The notes below the pieces were generated by a model, which worked only from the letters and a program-made list of their open reading frames with translations, was not told where the DNA came from and searched no databases. The translations under genes were made by a program, and so were the position numbers. This document shows positions 18,962 through 27,882 of a stretch of 64,000 bases of DNA, piece after piece; the first letter of the stretch is position 1, and every line of letters begins with the position of its first letter. The DNA comes from Thermoplasmatota archaeon. GTDB taxonomy: Archaea > Thermoplasmatota > Poseidoniia > Poseidoniales > Poseidoniaceae. Location: positions 3,202 to 67,201 of the forward strand of contig JAYXXD010000001.1 in assembly GCA_036019775.1 (NCBI GenBank), given 5' to 3'.

Positions 18962-19462
18962 TCAGGATGTTGATTGTTTATCGAGATGTGCCCTTCCAGC
19001 ATCTGTGAGTTGAGCAAATCTGTTTTTTTCTCCGAATTCAAGAGGGACCATAAGTAGACCTCGTTCTTTGAGTCTGTTGAGATACAGACTGAGGTTGCCT
19101 GGTGGTTCTATGCCAGCATCAGAAAACAACTGATTCACAACTCTTGGAGGGCTGTCTGATATTTTTTCAACATCGCGAAGATAATGAATTGCTGCTAATA
19201 CCTGATCTGGTTTCTTTGTCAATGAGCAGCTTTCCACAAGCGTGCTAAATGCCGATCCACGTTCAGGCAATCCATAATCGCGAGCAGCATCTATTGCAGC
19301 GTCAATCGCTGCATCTCGAGCATCTCGTAGACGTTCCAACACAATCGACCATGTATCTTCGCGACGCATTTGAATAAGGCGAGCGTCGATTTCAACTGCT
19401 GCGCCACTCAAGTCAATTTCTATATCACCTGCGGTGATTGCTATCTTTGACTGTATTGTCAT
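18962..19462 (-). CDS. Hypothetical protein with C-terminal winged-helix-like segment (MarR/PadR-like)
   Basis: 166 aa; C-terminal SLYLNRLKERGLLMVPLEFGEKNRFAQLTDAGRAHL. Confidence 0.45.
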   Translation of the reverse strand: MTIQSKIAITAGDIEIDLSGAAVEIDARLIQMRREDTWSIVLERLRDARDAAIDAAIDAARDYGLPERGSAFSTLVESCSLTKKPDQVLAAIHYLRDVEKISDSPPRVVNQLFSDAGIEPPGNLSLYLNRLKERGLLMVPLEFGEKNRFAQLTDAGRAHLDKQSTS

Positions 19463-19600
19463 GGTAAACGCTCTCGGTAAGATACCTTCATTGATAATGT
19501 TTGTATGTTGGCCAGCGAAGTTTATGTTGGCGACTTCTCCATATCGATGTCATTGATTTCAAGTATGTGTTTGCAGTGAGGAAATCGAGGGGGCGCAAAA

Positions 19601-22600
19601 GTGACGTCGATTTTAAAATCAAAAAAAGCAGTTCTGATATCGTTGTTACTCATCATACCACTGGTACTTGCTCCACAATCACTAGCGAACAATACAACCG
19701 AAGTAAACACGTTCACAGGAGGCGCCCAATCTCTAACAATACAGTCCGATGGCTCAAATACATCGAACGATTTACAACTTGAGTTAACGAGAAATGTTAC
19801 CTACCAAGACGCATCGTTTATTGTAAAATTTGAAAATCCTTCTCAGAGTCCAGGTAGTGTATTCGTCAACAATAGTTTCGGTGATAAGATTTGGGAGTTT
19901 AGCTCTCCTGAGTATGGGGGCCTTGGTTCTCAAAACTCATTCGAATCTGGATATACCTACGATATAGCTATGTTGAATAACAACTCAACAATTTCTACTC
20001 CGATTTTACTACCAACGAATGCAGGACTCCAATCCAGTTCTGTCAATGTGACGTTTACACCACAAATAGACGGACATTATGTTCCCGTAGGATCTGTAAC
20101 ACAGATGGAACTTGGTAATTCAAACAACGACAATATGTCTGACGCATTTGTTCTTTCAACAGATAACTCAACTACTGGCGTAAACACAGGATTTGCCGTG
20201 ATTGAAAGTAGCAACACAAATCACAATTACTCGCTTACGAACTGGACGCCTACTTGCTCGACTTCTGAAGTTATGCGAATTGCTGATTTGAATAACGATT
20301 CGTATGATGATGTCGTAACGTTTCAAATAATGAACAATACGATATGCATCCATTATTACAACCCAACCAACTTAACTTATGACCCTGAAATTCTTGTTAA
20401 TTTAACAACTGATCCAATGGACCTTCAAATTGCAGATTTAAATTTAGACGGAAAACCAGACCTTGTGAGCATCCATGGGCCAGCACAAAACGGCAGCGTA
20501 TCGTTATCGCTGCAAATTACTTCCTCAATGTTTGTCGAAGCGTCGAATTTACCGATTTATGAGTGGAATTCGAACCAAAACCGAGCTAATATGCGTTCCC
20601 TGAAGGTTGGAAACTTCTTTTCCCCTCTTCAAAATCAAACCTATTTGTTGGTAATAGATGACAATGATGATGCAACATTGGTCTATTATGATAGTCAATC
20701 TAAGGCCCTTATGAGCAACATGACGCAATACAGGAACATGAGTTCCGAATCTGTAGGGGGCGATATTGATGCGGATGGAGATATTGATTTTATTTCTCCT
20801 TACATGAGTGAATCGAGCATACATCTGAACAACGGGACCGGTTGGATTGAAACGAAAAGTAATCAGGTTATCGAAACTAGAAATGCGACAATTGCAGATC
20901 ACAATAACGATGGTATTGCCTCACTTTTCTTCCCGAATCCAATGGTAAGTGACGGTAATCCGGCTACGATTGAAGGGGTTATCCAGTTCAATGATTTCCA
21001 CAACTCAGGTATTCTCGCTACGAACCCAAGTCCGTTGCAACCATATTCCCAGCCATCCGACGTCTTGTTCTCTGATCTCAACAATGACAAAGTCATGGAA
21101 CAGTTTGTACTTGCAGGCGAGAGCTCTCAAGGCGTCTTCATAGGAGCGTGGCATAATCTCTCAATCGATGCAGATCTTGACGGTAGCAATGACTTGTCGG
21201 TGGAAGGGTACTCGAGCTCAACAATACAACACCTTGGGGTATTGACACTTTCAGATTCTAATGATTTAATTAAAACATCATTCGAGTATTCTCTTCCTCC
21301 TAATCCGAGTATAACCGATGGATACGATATAGAAATGCAAGGTTATTCCATCATGTTGTCAAGCAATTCAATTGGAATCGCAAATGTTTCAGATTTGGAG
21401 ATAAATTATGATATCGAATTTTTAGTAACCAACAATCCTGGATTAGTTGGCTCGTTAACCAATTCTCTAAATTTAGAGATGGAAGCGGGTATTGGCCAAT
21501 TTAACGTCACTTTACCTGTGGAAACAAGCCAACCCGGCTCCTTCGAAGTCGTGGATTTGAGTTTAATCTCTACCCCTGGCGCACCGAACATAACTCTACC
21601 CCCCGATCCAGCGCTAACAAGCACTGTAACTCTGGATAATGTAAAAATTGAATGGCAACCAATTTCTGAGTTTGGGCCAAATTTAGTTGAGTTCCTGATT
21701 TACAAATCCACCTCAGTAGAATCAATTGACTATTCGACTCCTGAAGAAATTGTTGTTAATCAAAATTATTTTGTTGACGAATCCATATCACCAGGATCAA
21801 CGTACGTTTACGTCTTACGCTCAATCCATCTTTATGGCGTAGCTAGTAATTTCTCGTCACCAATTGAAGTCTATGTGCCCTATCCATCGCCTCCAACTCC
21901 AGTTACAAATGTACAATTAATCGATCTTGACCTATCTACTCAATCCTCTCCTCTGAAAGTTTCATGGGAAGAAAACACTGATCTGCATTTGGTTTCAGAA
22001 TACAAAATCTATGTTGCAAAATCGAGTTTTTCTCCGTTAAATTCCGAATCCGAAATCCTAGCTACTGAAAATTACACAATCGATGGCGTTTCGTTCCAAC
22101 CAGTTGCTACAGTCCCAAGTTCAGTTTTGGAATATGAAATCGATCAAACGAGTTCTAAATTGAGCGAGGGAGTAGTCTTACCGTCTGAACCAATTCAGGA
22201 TGGAATACAATATTGGGTCGCAGTCGCAGCGGTGGACGGTTATGGAAATGCTACCGGCCCCTTGCCTTTTGCTGGGCCAACAACTCCATTCAATAATACG
22301 TACATCAATAGTCAGTTGGAAATTATAATTGAATCAGGGCCTGCAGAATCAGAAAATCACATTCTTGAGTCAACCAGTCCAATGAAAATTACTCTACATG
22401 CATACTATTTGGATGGCAACGGCGCAATTACAGCAATTGAAAATGCTGACCTTGAACTTAACTTGACCTATGGCGAGGAACAATATCTGCTCAGTGGAGA
22501 AAGTGATTCATCGGGGCAATGGATTGCCATCGATGTGGAAAACTTACACGATTCGGCGATTCCACAAAGCTTACTCAATTTCTCAACTAATCTGACCGGT

Positions 22601-23743
22601 ATAGTAAACATTCAGGCTTCTATGAATGCGATTGAGATTATCGATACCCAACCCTATGCTTCTGTGAATGCGGTTGAATCAATCTCCACCGGGATGTTTG
22701 TTGAACTTGTTGGTCCACAATCTCCGGTCGATGTTGATGCAAATGCAGCAATTGACGTTAACATATCGTTGAACGCCCTCGACTCTTCCAGTCCCGCTCA
22801 TCAGGCTTCACTTGAAGGAACAACAATTTCATGGAAGGCGTTCAACAATAATTCACAAGAACCATTGTCAACAGGCTCAGAAACAATAGATTCAGGAAAA
22901 ATTCGAATTGCATCCACATTTGAAGACATTAGCCGAATTGAATTTTCAGTCGATTCTGAGCAACGAATTTTCTTTGGTACGACTGAAATAACCCTCATAC
23001 TTAATCCATATTCTGTTCCAAATCAGAACAATGAAACGAATCAAAACGAAACGGAATGGGTTCCTACGAGCATACAGCCTGTTGAAATCGAATGCGAGGT
23101 GCCAACGTTGCTTACGAATCAACCATCCTCAGATGACCCAATCGAATGCAATATTAAAAACCCGAATCCGTTTTCAGTCAAGGTTGAAATTTTCGTAAAG
23201 GAATCTCCGCCGTTGTTTAAGTCGCCTGGCGTTGTGACAATCGAAGCAAATGGAACAGTTCCGGTATCGTTCGATCCAAAATACGACGAACCGCTCTGGG
23301 ACCGTCAAGATGATGCAAACGTTGAGAAAGAATTCACCATTCGAACACTCACAAGTGCAACGGTTTATGAGTTGAGCGTATCCAAGGAAGATATCGTTGT
23401 TTGGATAGCAGATATTTTTGTAACGACTGAACCGACTTCAGATGGAGAAGAACAAAGCTCTTCAGATGCAGTTCTATGGGGAGGAATTGGAGCAGGGGCA
23501 ATCATTCTTCTGATTGTCGGACTTGTTCTTTACCGTCGTGCATCTGCAGATTTTGAGGATGAATCCTTCTATCAAGAAGATGAAATTATGCTTGAAGAAA
23601 ATGATGAACCCGTTGAAATACCAACAGGAAAACCGCTCGATGAATTTGAAGACGTGGTTATTTCAGAACAACCAGAAAAGAAAGAACGTCCAAGCGATTC
23701 TCTTATTTCAGAGGTCGAGAACTTGGGAGACGAAATCATTTAA
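19601..23743 (+). CDS. Giant (1380 aa) secreted surface protein: FG-GAP/VCBS-like beta-propeller repeats, FN3/Ig-like domains, C-terminal TM anchor and acidic cytoplasmic tail
   Basis: GTG start with a GAGGGGG SD-like motif 9 nt upstream; signal peptide; FG-GAP-type repeats IADLNNDSYDDVV, IADLNLDGKPDLV, GGDIDADGDIDFI, ATIADHNNDGIASL, LFSDLNNDKVMEQ; TM GIGAGAIILLIVGLVLY; tail E/D-rich. Confidence 0.8.
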   Translation: MTSILKSKKAVLISLLLIIPLVLAPQSLANNTTEVNTFTGGAQSLTIQSDGSNTSNDLQLELTRNVTYQDASFIVKFENPSQSPGSVFVNNSFGDKIWEFSSPEYGGLGSQNSFESGYTYDIAMLNNNSTISTPILLPTNAGLQSSSVNVTFTPQIDGHYVPVGSVTQMELGNSNNDNMSDAFVLSTDNSTTGVNTGFAVIESSNTNHNYSLTNWTPTCSTSEVMRIADLNNDSYDDVVTFQIMNNTICIHYYNPTNLTYDPEILVNLTTDPMDLQIADLNLDGKPDLVSIHGPAQNGSVSLSLQITSSMFVEASNLPIYEWNSNQNRANMRSLKVGNFFSPLQNQTYLLVIDDNDDATLVYYDSQSKALMSNMTQYRNMSSESVGGDIDADGDIDFISPYMSESSIHLNNGTGWIETKSNQVIETRNATIADHNNDGIASLFFPNPMVSDGNPATIEGVIQFNDFHNSGILATNPSPLQPYSQPSDVLFSDLNNDKVMEQFVLAGESSQGVFIGAWHNLSIDADLDGSNDLSVEGYSSSTIQHLGVLTLSDSNDLIKTSFEYSLPPNPSITDGYDIEMQGYSIMLSSNSIGIANVSDLEINYDIEFLVTNNPGLVGSLTNSLNLEMEAGIGQFNVTLPVETSQPGSFEVVDLSLISTPGAPNITLPPDPALTSTVTLDNVKIEWQPISEFGPNLVEFLIYKSTSVESIDYSTPEEIVVNQNYFVDESISPGSTYVYVLRSIHLYGVASNFSSPIEVYVPYPSPPTPVTNVQLIDLDLSTQSSPLKVSWEENTDLHLVSEYKIYVAKSSFSPLNSESEILATENYTIDGVSFQPVATVPSSVLEYEIDQTSSKLSEGVVLPSEPIQDGIQYWVAVAAVDGYGNATGPLPFAGPTTPFNNTYINSQLEIIIESGPAESENHILESTSPMKITLHAYYLDGNGAITAIENADLELNLTYGEEQYLLSGESDSSGQWIAIDVENLHDSAIPQSLLNFSTNLTGIVNIQASMNAIEIIDTQPYASVNAVESISTGMFVELVGPQSPVDVDANAAIDVNISLNALDSSSPAHQASLEGTTISWKAFNNNSQEPLSTGSETIDSGKIRIASTFEDISRIEFSVDSEQRIFFGTTEITLILNPYSVPNQNNETNQNETEWVPTSIQPVEIECEVPTLLTNQPSSDDPIECNIKNPNPFSVKVEIFVKESPPLFKSPGVVTIEANGTVPVSFDPKYDEPLWDRQDDANVEKEFTIRTLTSATVYELSVSKEDIVVWIADIFVTTEPTSDGEEQSSSDAVLWGGIGAGAIILLIVGLVLYRRASADFEDESFYQEDEIMLEENDEPVEIPTGKPLDEFEDVVISEQPEKKERPSDSLISEVENLGDEII

Positions 23744-23935
23744 TAATATCCTGGAGAGGAAGATCCTGAAAACGATGACGACATCTCAGTGGATGAATTT
23801 GGAACGGAATGGTATGAAGATGAAGTTGGGACTTGGTGGTTCCGCGAAGCCGGAGAACAAGACTGGTCCGAATACAATGAATGATCGCCGAGATATTTTT
23901 CAAACACTATACGACCAGCGATATGGGGTGTGAGC

Positions 23936-24685
23936 ATGAAGCAACAATTCGAGACGTATGACCTCGTTCTTCGTTCGGGAGTTGACCCGGCCACGAGTGG
24001 TGTCGCAATATGTGGATTCACCACAGCTGGAATGGTGGGAGTTATTGCGACATCCCACATCATCGAATCGCTCAATCTCACGCAGCTTGGAACAGTCATG
24101 GATGAGAATTTTCCAGCAGTTGCTTTAATTCAGAATGAAATTCCTCGCCACCCGGTCCGTGTCTATCAGGGTGATGGTATTGGTGTTTTTACCGCAGAAA
24201 TTCAATTTGATAAAGAACAAGATATCGCTTTTGGCTCAACAGTCCTCGAATGGTTCAATGCAGGCGGTTTCGATCAATTGATAATTATCGATGGTATTCT
24301 GAAGCCAGAAAAACAGATTCAGGGTGAAGGCTTGTTTGCTGTCGGAGCCAATGATGTTGCACGTGCTCGCCTAAAATCCCTCGATTTGCAAACGATTCAA
24401 CGAGGGGTTGTTTCAGGAATTACAGGATTTTTGCTGAGTGAAGGCGATCGCCTCAATCTCGACATCACCGCTTTACTCTCTGAGGCGAGCCCGATGTATC
24501 CGGATGTTCGAGCGGCTGCTGTTGCTATCGAAGCAATCACAGAGATGACGGGCAAAGAAATTCCACTCTCAAAGATGCTCGAAAATGCCCGTAGTATCGA
24601 GCAATCGGTTCAAGAAATCATTGAAAGCGCTACGCCGCTTTTGCCCTCGCCAGATGAAGATTTAAACGACCCATCATTCGGTTGA
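23936..24685 (+). CDS. PAC2-family protein (second paralogue)
   Basis: GVAICGFTTAGMVGVIATSHIIESL pattern parallels the 6950-7771 protein; ATG at 23936 after GTG 23930. Confidence 0.7.
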   Translation: MKQQFETYDLVLRSGVDPATSGVAICGFTTAGMVGVIATSHIIESLNLTQLGTVMDENFPAVALIQNEIPRHPVRVYQGDGIGVFTAEIQFDKEQDIAFGSTVLEWFNAGGFDQLIIIDGILKPEKQIQGEGLFAVGANDVARARLKSLDLQTIQRGVVSGITGFLLSEGDRLNLDITALLSEASPMYPDVRAAAVAIEAITEMTGKEIPLSKMLENARSIEQSVQEIIESATPLLPSPDEDLNDPSFG

Positions 24686-26065
24686 TTGGAATGATTGAAC
24701 AAATTCGATGACAGTTTCAAACGGTGCCAACGTTGCTATGAATGGGCGTAAATCAGGTATTCGAGCGGTCAAATGTCCAGCTTCATTGAGAGCGCCAATA
24801 AGCCGTTCCATGGTCGGAAGGGAGCCTACATTTGCCAGGCGTGGAAGTTCATCAAAGGGCAACAACAAGTGTTCGCGAGACAACAATGGTGCTGCTTGCG
24901 CAATGTGGCGAACAGAACGACGAATTTCTCGTTCTGCGTAGAGTTGGTCCTCATCTGTCCATTTGAGACCAAGATCCATTCCCCTCTGAAGATCTGCAGC
25001 CGTAGCCAAACATGTCTCAACAGCATGTTCTTCTGTCAGTCGCAAGCAAACTTCTTCGTTCCATAGAGGGCCAATCCACATCGGCCCACTCGATCGTTCA
25101 AGTTCTTCCGAAGTCGGATGATTTGTGAACTTATACGGCTTGCCTTCGGTTCGTACTCGCCATCCCATGAAGTCTCGAGTTCGGTCAGCGTTCTGCTTGC
25201 TCTTTCGAACCAGTACCGAAACTCGAACATGATGTCCATCGAACAACGCCAAAATCGGTTCAATGGCCCTATCGAGCTGAGCCGCTCTAGTTGCAATCGT
25301 TCCGAGCAGAACGCGAACAGCATCATCATGAGCGTACAAATCGACGATGCCTCTGTGGCCATAGCGACGCATCCCTGATGATGCGGATGATCCTGTTAAT
25401 GCAGCAGTGTCTGTCGCCGTTACCTCAAGGACGCCAACTCTTCCAAGGGCCTGAAGAGCGCTATCGATGAAGGTGATGGGAGAACCGAATGGGTCTACAT
25501 CAATCCATTGAAATGAACCTTGAACCATGGCCATTCGAGCATCGTAATGCTGGAACTTGATTCCATTCTTCCCGATGAAATGAGGTTTTTCTTGTTCATC
25601 GTCAATGTGAGATGTATGCGAAACCACCTCGTCGGAATCGATGGAAGTCAAGGCCCAGTCAAGTGCATTTTTGTCGAGATCATTTGCAGTAATGTGAAGT
25701 TTTGATTGAAGGTTCATTTCAATCTCATTTCGCCACCGCCGAACACGGATTCCAGTCGCACACAAGGCGTCGAGGGCTCGGATTGGGCGGTCACCATTGA
25801 CCCACCCATGTTGCAAAGCATCTTGCAGCAGCAGCACAGAACGTGTCCGAGCGGGCGCCATAGCTGGATTCATGAAACCCGAACCTGACTTTGCTGCAGG
25901 ACCTCTTGGCATGTGTGAAGGACGAGACTGGTCGCTCTTGAGATGGACAAAAGTTCGTCCCTCACACCACAAATGGCCTGGCCAGCCTTGAGGAGATTCC
26001 TGGCCGGTGAACGATTCGCCCATGTTAGGTCGAAATGATTCCTCTTCTTGACCGCACCGCTTCAA
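24674..26065 (-). CDS. trm1: tRNA (guanine26-N2)-dimethyltransferase Trm1
   Basis: FMNPAMAPARTRSVLLL (FYNP-type) and ALDALCATGIRVRRW motifs; 463 aa; true start may be at an internal ATG. Confidence 0.8.
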   Translation of the reverse strand: MKRCGQEEESFRPNMGESFTGQESPQGWPGHLWCEGRTFVHLKSDQSRPSHMPRGPAAKSGSGFMNPAMAPARTRSVLLLQDALQHGWVNGDRPIRALDALCATGIRVRRWRNEIEMNLQSKLHITANDLDKNALDWALTSIDSDEVVSHTSHIDDEQEKPHFIGKNGIKFQHYDARMAMVQGSFQWIDVDPFGSPITFIDSALQALGRVGVLEVTATDTAALTGSSASSGMRRYGHRGIVDLYAHDDAVRVLLGTIATRAAQLDRAIEPILALFDGHHVRVSVLVRKSKQNADRTRDFMGWRVRTEGKPYKFTNHPTSEELERSSGPMWIGPLWNEEVCLRLTEEHAVETCLATAADLQRGMDLGLKWTDEDQLYAEREIRRSVRHIAQAAPLLSREHLLLPFDELPRLANVGSLPTMERLIGALNEAGHLTARIPDLRPFIATLAPFETVIEFVQSFQSTE

Positions 26066-27159
26066 TAATGATCAAAGAAAATTTCTGAATTTGAATGTGT
26101 GACTCTATGTCCATTGTCATGAACATAACCGATAATGGCTGCCTCTGGCTCGTGTTGTTGAATGAAGGAAAGGATGGAGCCTGCTTGGTCCTTTACAACT
26201 GCAAGAACCATACCTAGGCCCATATTGAACGTTCGATGCATTTCCAAATCTGTGACGTTTCCTTGGGACTGGAGCCAAGAGAATTCAGGAGGAATTGCCA
26301 TCGGTGTTTCGATGTGCCAACCAAGATCATCGTGCAAACGAAGCAAATTGGACAAACCGCCGCCAGTGATGTGAGCAATTCCATGAACTGCATGGACCGA
26401 TTTTTGTGAGGACTGAAGATGGTTGAGTAATGCGATGACGGGAGAACAATAGATTTTGGTCGGAATGAGAAGAACTTCTGCTAACGTGGGATTATCTGAT
26501 AATTCCCGGCCATTAAAATCAGCATTGAATGGACAAGGATCCGTGTAAGTTGGACCAATACGATCGATGATGTTTCGAACCAGTGAGAATCCGTTTGAAT
26601 GGATGCCTGATGATGGCAGCCCAATGAGCACATCTCCTGGTCCCAATCGTTCTCCGGTAATTGCTGAATCCTTCTTGAGGAAACCGAGCGCTGTACCTGA
26701 AAGGTCAAGCTCGGTTACAATCCCTGGAAGTGATGCCGTCTCCCCACCTGCGAGCGTGACGTTCGCTAATTCACATGCTTTTGCGAGAGACGCACCAACT
26801 GCGGCATGAACCACTGGGTCCGGTTTGGGAACGGCAATATAATCGACAAATGCAATAGGTTCAGCCCCTACGCACAACAAGTCGTTGACATTCATTGCCA
26901 TGCAGTCAATCCCAACGCTATCCCAATTGTTTACTGCTGTTGCAATCTGAAGTTTACTTCCAACTCCATCGGTCGCCATAGCCAAGAGATAATCTCCGAA
27001 TTCAATCAACCCACCAAAACCGCCAGGCAAATCAACTGGCGCTCCAGGGGTTCCGGGTTTACGCGTTGAGCGTTGTAGTGAACCGATGAGCGAGGCAACA
27101 GCAGCACCTTCAAGATCGATATCAACACCGCTTGAGGCATAATCCATGGGGTCGCTCAT
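26062..27159 (-). CDS. purM: Phosphoribosylformylglycinamidine cyclo-ligase (AIR synthetase, PurM family)
   Basis: DYASSGVDIDLEGAAV..GGFGGLIEF...AMATDGVGSKLQIA; start taken at MSDPMDY to avoid overlap with the esterase gene. Confidence 0.75.
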   Translation of the reverse strand: MSDPMDYASSGVDIDLEGAAVASLIGSLQRSTRKPGTPGAPVDLPGGFGGLIEFGDYLLAMATDGVGSKLQIATAVNNWDSVGIDCMAMNVNDLLCVGAEPIAFVDYIAVPKPDPVVHAAVGASLAKACELANVTLAGGETASLPGIVTELDLSGTALGFLKKDSAITGERLGPGDVLIGLPSSGIHSNGFSLVRNIIDRIGPTYTDPCPFNADFNGRELSDNPTLAEVLLIPTKIYCSPVIALLNHLQSSQKSVHAVHGIAHITGGGLSNLLRLHDDLGWHIETPMAIPPEFSWLQSQGNVTDLEMHRTFNMGLGMVLAVVKDQAGSILSFIQQHEPEAAIIGYVHDNGHRVTHSNSEIFFDHY

Positions 27160-27181
27160 ACAATTACCAAAGCAAGACAAT

Positions 27182-27709
27182 TCATGAATCAATCGTCTCG
27201 CCAATCAACAATCGAGCAGCGCTAATTATCTGTTTGTGGGATTCCGCAAGCCTGTGTCCGTCATTGACCTTGTGAAATGCAATGATTTCTTGTCCAGATC
27301 GTTCAGCATACTCGATGCTGCATTCGATAGGAACTATATCGTCATCAATGCCATGAATGATGACAGTCTTCAGTCCCTTAGGGGCAACGAGCACAGTGTC
27401 ATCCTCGATAGGGGGCTCACTAAGATGCAGTGCCGGTGCGCATAGAAGGAGTCCACGAAACGCTTCATTCATTCTCATCACAACGATCGATGCAGCCAGC
27501 CCACCATAGCTCGAACCCGCAAGCACCGGTTTCGCCTCTCGATGTTCTTCGCATACCCGTTGAAGCAAATCCACGCGGTCCGCAAGCGCCATTCCTTGGA
27601 AGTCAGGGGCAAGGACTTCAAATCCAGCTTCCCGAAGAGAGCGAATTTTACTCCCGTTTGGCGAACCTTCCATTCCATGAGCGAAGATAATCATGCCAAA
27701 TCCTCGCAT
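27182..27709 (-). CDS. Small alpha/beta-hydrolase (esterase, YqiA-like)
   Basis: GSSYGG nucleophile elbow; Asp and His later in sequence; 175 aa. Confidence 0.6.
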   Translation of the reverse strand: MRGFGMIIFAHGMEGSPNGSKIRSLREAGFEVLAPDFQGMALADRVDLLQRVCEEHREAKPVLAGSSYGGLAASIVVMRMNEAFRGLLLCAPALHLSEPPIEDDTVLVAPKGLKTVIIHGIDDDIVPIECSIEYAERSGQEIIAFHKVNDGHRLAESHKQIISAARLLIGETIDS

Positions 27710-27882
27710 CAGCCCAATATGAACTTATTGAGGCTGGCGTTTTTCCACTCCCTGTCAAATTTTGTGTAAATGCGGGCATGAAGACATCATTTTCTCCAGT
27801 GGAAATCAGGGGGAGCAGAAGTTGTAATGGAACCATTAAGAACGGTAGCCTTCCATAAGTAACTCCTTGGCGTGGTGCAACG

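Noticed and set aside
18962-19041. Apparent 80-nt overlap between the pentapeptide-repeat gene and the upstream 166-aa gene
   Set aside because: Likely an ORF-caller artefact; an in-frame internal ATG (MVMSGG, ~18954) starts the pentapeptide protein after the upstream stop.
23514-23933. 139-aa ORF spanning the stop of the giant surface-protein gene in another frame
   Set aside because: K/N-rich low-complexity translation of an acidic coding region read out of frame; no start context.
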